A stretch of DNA of 64,000 bases, taken from contig JAYVRA010000051.1 in the NCBI GenBank assembly GCA_043776635.1, positions 406-64,405 of the forward strand. The letters run 5' to 3'. The translations under genes and the position numbers were made by a program. Shown piece after piece: positions 55,745 to 64,000 of this stretch; position 1 is the stretch's first letter; each line of letters starts with the position of its first letter. Under the pieces are notes generated by a model that saw only the letters and a program-made list of their open reading frames with translations, made no database searches and was not told the origin of the DNA. Origin of the DNA: Phyllobacteriaceae bacterium (GTDB taxonomy: Bacteria > Pseudomonadota > Alphaproteobacteria > Rhizobiales > Rhizobiaceae).

Positions 55745-58021
55745 TCAATTGCCGTTGATAATATCCAGTATCGTCGTGTTTTTTATTTTCTTTTTATTTT
55801 GAACACCAACATCCAATGGCGGCACAGGACGCTTGGTTGAGCCTGTACTTTCGGGGGCGGGCGTATTGATGATACCTGCCACTTCATCTGCCACATCAAC
55901 CGCAGCGACGGGCAATGGAGCAGCGGACCGTCCGTCGTTAACAGGTCCGGGGCGGCGAATTGTGAGCGGCGGCTTTGCCTCAACAGGTGTCACATTGTCA
56001 GCCTGCGATAATTGCGGGACGCTATCCATAACCGGCAATGGCTCCGCCGGATCAATGGCTTCGACCGTTTTCGATACCCAGCGACCGGGCAACGGTGTGG
56101 CTGGTAAATCAGCCTGCGCCACGCTCATAAATTCCTTCCACGCCAGCGCCGGAAGTGACCCGCCGGTGACTTTGTTGGTCGGCGAATTGTCGTCATTACC
56201 GAACCAGACGCCGGTGGTGATTTGAGCTGTATAGCCTATGAACCATGCATCGCGGAATTCTTGACTGGTGCCGGTTTTGCCTGCGGCCGGCCAGTCAAAT
56301 TGGGCCTTTTTAGCGGTACCTTCGGACAATGTATGCGAAAGCATGGAGTTCATCATGCCGACAATTTCCGGCGCAATCACGCGCGGCGCATCATCATGTT
56401 TGTTTTCAAACAGCACCTTGCCATCGTCCGCAGTCACCCGCTTGATGAGGTGGACCGGCGCATAATTGCCGCCATTTGAGAAAGCCGAGTAAGCGCCGGT
56501 CATTTCCAAAAGTGTTACATCTGATGTGCCCAAGGCGAGCGAAAGATTGCCTTCCAGCGGCGAGTTGACACCCAGACGCTTGGCAACTTCAATCACCGCT
56601 TCCGGTCCTGTTTCCATCATCAACTGTGCGGCCACCGAGTTCAAAGACTTTGCCAGCGCTGTCGTCAAAGTCACAGCGCCAAGATATTTGCCCTCGTAGT
56701 TTTCCGGCTTCCACTTGCCGATTTTTATCGGCGCATCATTGCGAACTGAATCAGGTGTGCGGCCCATCTCGAGCGCTGCCAGATACACGAACGGCTTGAA
56801 AGTTGACCCCGGTTGACGCCGCGCCGTGCCTGCGCGGTCATATTGACTCAAGGCATAATCCACCCCGCCAACATAGGCCCGCACTGCGCCTGTTGTATCA
56901 ACCGATACCAGCGCTCCTTGATGCACATTCAACTTTGTACCGCTCTTGGCAACACGCGCCTCAATGGCCGCTTCGCCTGCCTTTTGCAGGTCGGGATCAA
57001 TCGTCGTATCGACGATAATGTCGTTCTTAATGTTCGCCAGCAGCGGCTTTAATTCAAGCATAACGCGGTCCGCCACAAATTGCCCGGAGCCATTCCATGA
57101 AGATGACGCTTGCTTGGCCGGCTTGGCTTCGGCGGAATTGAATTCCTTATCGCCAATCATGCCCTGTTCGCGCATGGCATTCATAACCAGCTTGGCGCGT
57201 TTGTTGGCAGCATCGGCATCGCGGGCCGGAGAATAAGTAGAGGGAGCCTTCAAGCAAGCAGCGAGAATCGCCGCTTCGTTCAGGCTGACATCGCGCGCGC
57301 CTTTGTTGAAATAGCGCCGGGAAGCCGCTTCCACCCCATAAGAACCGGAACCGAAATAGACGCGGTTGAGATACATTTCTAAAATCTGGTCTTTGGAATA
57401 TTTATGCTCAAGCCACAGCGCCAACAGCACTTCTTGCACCTTGCGTTCCAATGTGCGGTCCGGTGAGAGGAACAGGTTTTTGGCCAATTGCTGCGTCAGC
57501 GTCGAGCCGCCTTGCACCATATGTCCGGCAACTATGTTGCGGCCTATGGCGCGGGCAAAACCGACGGGATCAAAGCCAAAGTGGCTATAGAAGCGCCGGT
57601 CTTCGATTGCGACAACCGCTTCCGGAATATAGGGAGACATTTCATGTAAACCGACAGCTTCGCCGCCATTGATGCCACGATTGGCGAGCAGTGAGCCGTC
57701 CTTGGCGACGATTTTTACATTCGGTGCGCGTTCAGGAATTGCCCAAGTCGTGGCGCTTGGCATTTTCGCGGCATAATAAACCACAATGCCTGCGACGCCG
57801 ATTCCCGCCCACAGACCCAGCACAAACAGCCAATAGAAAATGCCGCCAATGATACCGCGCTTGCTTCGCGCTGCGACTTTTTTTGCTGAACTGACGCGGC
57901 GCCTTGGCGAATTTGGTCGTGCTGCGCGATCATCTTCAGTCACACTCATGCCCTCGCCACGCGTGCGTTTGGGTGCGATTTCAAAGCCGGGGTCTATGCG
58001 TTTGTTGCCGCGAGATGCCAA
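55745..58021 (-). CDS. Bifunctional class A penicillin-binding protein (PBP1A family)
   Basis: Glycosyltransferase motifs EDRRFYSHFGFD and GGSTLTQQLAKN. Transpeptidase motifs STFKP, SxN and KTGT. TTG start at 58021 (GGTGA 5 nt upstream); ATG 57949 is an alternative. Confidence 0.9.
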   Translation of the reverse strand: MASRGNKRIDPGFEIAPKRTRGEGMSVTEDDRAARPNSPRRRVSSAKKVAARSKRGIIGGIFYWLFVLGLWAGIGVAGIVVYYAAKMPSATTWAIPERAPNVKIVAKDGSLLANRGINGGEAVGLHEMSPYIPEAVVAIEDRRFYSHFGFDPVGFARAIGRNIVAGHMVQGGSTLTQQLAKNLFLSPDRTLERKVQEVLLALWLEHKYSKDQILEMYLNRVYFGSGSYGVEAASRRYFNKGARDVSLNEAAILAACLKAPSTYSPARDADAANKRAKLVMNAMREQGMIGDKEFNSAEAKPAKQASSSWNGSGQFVADRVMLELKPLLANIKNDIIVDTTIDPDLQKAGEAAIEARVAKSGTKLNVHQGALVSVDTTGAVRAYVGGVDYALSQYDRAGTARRQPGSTFKPFVYLAALEMGRTPDSVRNDAPIKIGKWKPENYEGKYLGAVTLTTALAKSLNSVAAQLMMETGPEAVIEVAKRLGVNSPLEGNLSLALGTSDVTLLEMTGAYSAFSNGGNYAPVHLIKRVTADDGKVLFENKHDDAPRVIAPEIVGMMNSMLSHTLSEGTAKKAQFDWPAAGKTGTSQEFRDAWFIGYTAQITTGVWFGNDDNSPTNKVTGGSLPALAWKEFMSVAQADLPATPLPGRWVSKTVEAIDPAEPLPVMDSVPQLSQADNVTPVEAKPPLTIRRPGPVNDGRSAAPLPVAAVDVADEVAGIINTPAPESTGSTKRPVPPLDVGVQNKKKIKNTTILDIINGN

Positions 58022-58469
58022 ATTTTCACCGTAAATTGCCTGATCTTAATATTAATCAGTCGATGCAAACTAATTGCGGCAATTTAAGGTGGGGTTAACC
58101 GGCGCGCGATTTCTGCTCCGTGAATGCTGTTTTTCTGCAACAGTGTGGAAATACCTGAAAAGCGAATGCTGTCTTACACGTTGCGAAATCTGCCTCTTTT
58201 ATTTCGAAGAGTTTCCTGTGTTTCATTTTAATTTGGAGGGCGTTATTTCCTGATAAACCAATGACCTCCACCTGACATCGATTTCAGCTGCAATGTAGCA
58301 AAAACGCATAGCCATCATGCAAGCTATGCGCTTGTCTATTTGAGCTATTCCGTATGATAGTGTGTAAAGAAATAAATCATAGTTGAGAATTTTGTTGGTA
58401 AGGCAGGCTTTTTGCGCTTGTAACCGCTTTCAATTCGGCGTTACTTTCATCCTTGGGAGGGGATGACCA

Positions 58470-60716
58470 ATGGTATCTAAAGTTAAGGCCACTATATCTA
58501 ATGCCGATGCGAAGGCGAAAGCTGAAAGCTTGCGTGCAGCCCGGATGGCGGAAGCCTTGGATGCAATTGCGCAAGGGCGCCATTTTGACCCCTTCTCAAT
58601 TCTTGGGCTATTTGGTTCAGATAAAAATTGGACAGCCCGTGTCTTCGCGCCCGGAGCGGAGACACTCGAAGCTTTCACCCTTGATGGCAAGGCCGCAGGC
58701 ACACTTACCCAAGTCCATGGCGCGGGCATTTTTGAAGGCCCGCTGTCGCTAGCCTCCCGCCAGCCCATCCGTTATCTAGCCAAAGCCAGGCATGGTGATT
58801 GGTCGTTTGCTGATCCGTATTCATTTGGTCCGGTGCTTGGGCCTATGGATGACTATTACATTGCCGAAGGCTCGCATCTACGGCTTTTTGATAAGCTGGG
58901 CGCCCATGTGATGGAGCATGAAGGTGCGCAAGGCGTGCATTTTGCCGTCTGGGCCCCCAATGCCCGGCGTGTTTCTGTTGTCGGCTCATTCAACAGCTGG
59001 GATGGCCGCCGCCATGCCATGCGCTGTCGCACTGATACCGGCATTTGGGAAATTTTCATTCCCGGCGTTCATGCCGGTGAGCCTTACAAATACGAAATCG
59101 TCAGCCGTGACGGCGTGGTGCTGCCGCTGAAGGCTGACCCTTTTGCTTTCCAGTCCGAGCTTCGTCCCAACACTGCCTCCGTTGTCGCGCGCCCTTTGAA
59201 CCACAAATGGAACGACGAGGCACACTCCAAGCATTGGGGCAGTGTCGATGCGCGGCGTCAGCCAATGTCGATTTATGAGGTTCATCCCGGTTCGTGGCGT
59301 CGCCGCAGCGATGGCTCGTTTTTGTCATTTGACGAAATGGCCGAGCAACTCATCCCCTATTGCGTGGATATGGGCTTCACACACATTGAGTTTTTGCCGA
59401 TTTCCGAGCATCCTTATGATCCGTCATGGGGCTATCAAACCACCGGCCTTTACGCGCCGTCCGCGCGGTTTGGCGATCCGGAGGCTTTTGCCCGCTTCGT
59501 TGATGGCGCACACAAGGTTGGCCTTGGCGTGATATTGGATTGGGTTCCAGCCCACTTCCCGACCGACAGCCATGGCCTTGCCAATTTTGACGGCACGGCA
59601 CTCTACGAACATGCCGATCCGCGCAAGGGTTTCCATCCGGATTGGAATACGGCGATCTATAATTTTGGACGCAAGGAAGTCAGCTCTTTCCTGGTAAACA
59701 ATGCGATTTTCTGGGCCGAGCGCTTCCATATCGATGCGCTGCGCGTCGACGCGGTCGCATCCATGCTTTACCTCGACTATTCGCGGAAAGAAGGCGAGTG
59801 GATACCCAACGAGCATGGCGGGCGGGAAAATCTCGAAGCCGTGCGCTTCCTGCAAGAGGCCAATAAGCAGGCCTATGCAGCGCGTCCCGGCTTTATGATG
59901 ATTGCCGAAGAATCCACTTCGTGGCCAGGGGTTTCCAAGCCGGTTTATGATGGCGGGCTTGGCTTCGGCTTCAAGTGGAATATGGGCTTCATGCACGACA
60001 CGCTGGAATATTTGAAGCGTGAGCCGGTGCATCGCAAGCATCATCATAATGAGATGACGTTTGGCCTGCTTTATGCTTTCTCGGAAAATTTCGTATTGCC
60101 TTTGAGCCATGATGAAGTGGTGCATGGCAAGGGTTCGCTGCTAACTAAAATGGCGGGCGACGACTGGCAGAAGTTTGCCAACCTGCGCGCCTACTATGGT
60201 TTCATGTGGGGCTATCCGGGCAAAAAACTTTTGTTCATGGGCCAAGAATTTGCCCAGCGCCAAGAGTGGAGCGAGGCCGGCAGCCTTGACTGGCATCACT
60301 TAAACGAAGCGCCGCACGAGGGCGTTCGCCTTTTGGTGCGCGATCTCAACCATGCCTACCGCGATAATTCCGCACTGCATGGCCGCGATTGCGAGGGCGA
60401 GGGCTTTGCGTGGCTCATCGCTGATGATGCCGAAAACTCAGTGTTCGCGTGGGCGCGTTTTGCGGGCGACGCCGCGCCTGCCGCCGTCGTTACCAACTTC
60501 ACTCCGGTTCCGCGCGAGGGCTATTCATTGCCACTGCCGGCCAAGGGCCGTTGGCGCGAGGTTATCAATTCTGACGCCGCGATTTACGGCGGCTCGGGCA
60601 AGGGCAATGGCGGCGTCATTATCGCAGACGGCGCGGGCTTCAACGGCCAGCCTGCATCCGCGATGATCAACATCCCGCCGCTCGCAACGCTCATCTTCGT
60701 ATGGGAGTCGCGATGA
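58470..60716 (+). CDS. glgB: 1,4-alpha-glucan branching enzyme
   Basis: 748 aa, GH13 catalytic regions (DWVPAHF, GFRVDAV-like HIDALRVDAV, EESTSWP, LSHDEV). GGGAGGGG 7 nt upstream. Confidence 0.95.
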   Translation: MVSKVKATISNADAKAKAESLRAARMAEALDAIAQGRHFDPFSILGLFGSDKNWTARVFAPGAETLEAFTLDGKAAGTLTQVHGAGIFEGPLSLASRQPIRYLAKARHGDWSFADPYSFGPVLGPMDDYYIAEGSHLRLFDKLGAHVMEHEGAQGVHFAVWAPNARRVSVVGSFNSWDGRRHAMRCRTDTGIWEIFIPGVHAGEPYKYEIVSRDGVVLPLKADPFAFQSELRPNTASVVARPLNHKWNDEAHSKHWGSVDARRQPMSIYEVHPGSWRRRSDGSFLSFDEMAEQLIPYCVDMGFTHIEFLPISEHPYDPSWGYQTTGLYAPSARFGDPEAFARFVDGAHKVGLGVILDWVPAHFPTDSHGLANFDGTALYEHADPRKGFHPDWNTAIYNFGRKEVSSFLVNNAIFWAERFHIDALRVDAVASMLYLDYSRKEGEWIPNEHGGRENLEAVRFLQEANKQAYAARPGFMMIAEESTSWPGVSKPVYDGGLGFGFKWNMGFMHDTLEYLKREPVHRKHHHNEMTFGLLYAFSENFVLPLSHDEVVHGKGSLLTKMAGDDWQKFANLRAYYGFMWGYPGKKLLFMGQEFAQRQEWSEAGSLDWHHLNEAPHEGVRLLVRDLNHAYRDNSALHGRDCEGEGFAWLIADDAENSVFAWARFAGDAAPAAVVTNFTPVPREGYSLPLPAKGRWREVINSDAAIYGGSGKGNGGVIIADGAGFNGQPASAMINIPPLATLIFVWESR

Positions 60717-60828
60717 TTTCGTGTCCTGTCCGTACGTTTTCCATATCCACTTCGGGCGCTTGCCGACCGCTTCTCGATTGACTTTTATAGACTTAAATTT
60801 TTAACTTCGGACTTTGGGAGGAGACCAC

Positions 60829-62088
60829 ATGGAAAGAAAATATTCACAACCACTTGCCCGTGATGCTATGGCTTATGTGCTGGCAGGCGGGCGCGGTTCG
60901 CGCCTCATGGAAATGACGGACATGCGCGCCAAGCCAGCCGTTTATTTCGGCGGCAAGAGTCGTATTATCGACTTTGCGCTGTCCAATGCGCTCAATTCCG
61001 GTATCCGCCGCATGGGCGTCGCCACGCAATATAAGGCGCATTCACTGATCCGCCATTTGCAGCGCGGCTGGAACTTCTTGCGGCCGGAACGAAATGAAAG
61101 TTTCGATATTCTGCCAGCCAGCCAGCGCGTTTCGGAAGATCAATGGTATGCCGGAACGGCAGATGCCGTGTTCCAAAATATTGATATTATTGAGAGCTAT
61201 AGTCCTGAATACATTATCATCTTGGCTGGCGACCATATCTACAAAATGGACTATGAATTAATGCTGCGCCAGCACGTCGATCAAAATGCGGATGTTACAA
61301 TCGGCTGTCTTGAAGTGAAGCGCCTGGAAGCCACCGGCTTTGGCGTTATGCATGTTGATAAAGACGACCAGGTGATTGCGTTTGTAGAAAAACCGAAAGA
61401 CCCGCCTGCTATTCCCGGCAGTCCGGATTTAGCGCTTGCGTCCATGGGTATCTATGTTTTCAATACGAAATTCCTGATGGAAGAGCTGAAGCGCGATGCT
61501 GCTGATCCCGGTTCCTCCCGCGATTTCGGTAAAGATATCATTCCCTATATAGTGACAAACGGCAAAGCCGTAGCGCATCGTTTCGCCAAATCCTGCATTC
61601 GTTCATCCTTCGAGCGCGAAGCCTACTGGCGCGATGTGGGTACGATTGATGCCTATTGGGAAGCCAATATTGACCTGACGGATATCACTCCGGAACTCGA
61701 TTTATACGACAAGGAATGGCCAATCTGGACCTACGCCGAAATCAAGCCACCGGCAAAGTTTGTGCATGATGAAGATGGCCGTCGCGGCTCGGCGATTTCC
61801 TCGCTGGTCTCCGGAGATTGCATTGTTTCCGGTGCTTCCTTGCGTAAAAGCCTGCTTTTTACCGGTGTTCGGGCCAATTCATTCTCATCTTTGGAAGAGG
61901 CTGTTGTGCTTCCAGACGTGGTTGTGAACCGCAATGCCCGTCTCAAAAGAGTGGTAATCGACCGTGGTGTGGTCATCCCCGAAGGATTGGTTGTGGGCGA
62001 AGATCCTATTCTTGATGCAAAGCGTTTCCGCATCTCGGAAAAGGGGATATGCCTTATTACCCAACCAATGATCGACCGTTTAGGATAG
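60829..62088 (+). CDS. glgC: Glucose-1-phosphate adenylyltransferase
   Basis: [13 protein letters not shown]-terminal motif. GGGAGGAG upstream of ATG 60829. Confidence 0.95.
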   Translation: MERKYSQPLARDAMAYVLAGGRGSRLMEMTDMRAKPAVYFGGKSRIIDFALSNALNSGIRRMGVATQYKAHSLIRHLQRGWNFLRPERNESFDILPASQRVSEDQWYAGTADAVFQNIDIIESYSPEYIIILAGDHIYKMDYELMLRQHVDQNADVTIGCLEVKRLEATGFGVMHVDKDDQVIAFVEKPKDPPAIPGSPDLALASMGIYVFNTKFLMEELKRDAADPGSSRDFGKDIIPYIVTNGKAVAHRFAKSCIRSSFEREAYWRDVGTIDAYWEANIDLTDITPELDLYDKEWPIWTYAEIKPPAKFVHDEDGRRGSAISSLVSGDCIVSGASLRKSLLFTGVRANSFSSLEEAVVLPDVVVNRNARLKRVVIDRGVVIPEGLVVGEDPILDAKRFRISEKGICLITQPMIDRLG

Positions 62089-62090
62089 TC

Positions 62091-64000
<1,910 letters not shown>

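Overview
This 64-kb segment reads as core chromosome of an alphaproteobacterium of the order Rhizobiales/Hyphomicrobiales. That assignment is an inference from gene content and synteny: pckA divergent from chvI-chvG-hprK-EIIA(Man)-HPr; yejABEF; cycM / kdsB-pheA; rpmI-rplT-pheS-pheT; cysG-DUF2849-cysI-cysH-DUF934-fdx; glgB-glgC-glgA-pgm. I count about 65 protein-coding genes. Both window edges cut genes (hupE on the left, pgm on the right), and neither appears in the ORF track. I saw no rRNA, tRNA, CRISPR array, transposase, integrase or phage genes. Regulatory and RNA elements supported by the sequence: a cobalamin riboswitch ahead of hupE; an AUU-initiated infC; a sigma-32-type promoter plus an SD-containing hairpin ahead of an hsp20-DUF1150 pair; an alphaproteobacterial LexA box (GTTC-N7-GTTC) ahead of a Y-family polymerase; and several intrinsic terminators. 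Accessory content is small: vapBC; a brnTA module wedged between pheS and pheT (toxin frameshifted, antitoxin intact and abutting the pheT GTG start); a class-II Fic gene with a possibly split N-terminus; and one AT-rich orphan ORF. Two non-coding repeat families are present. One is a 334-355 bp MITE-like element with ~30-bp terminal inverted repeats and an internal 16-bp x4 array (two full copies plus fragments). The other is a 57-bp REP-like hairpin unit (three copies). Several genes look decayed: a GFA nonsense codon, the brnT frameshift, an frcB/frcC deletion and the Fic split. I did not find a convincing multi-gene novel system. The most unusual items are the pheS-brnTA-pheT arrangement and the uncharacterised MITE family, one remnant of which appears to supply the -35 of the SOS-regulated polymerase promoter.
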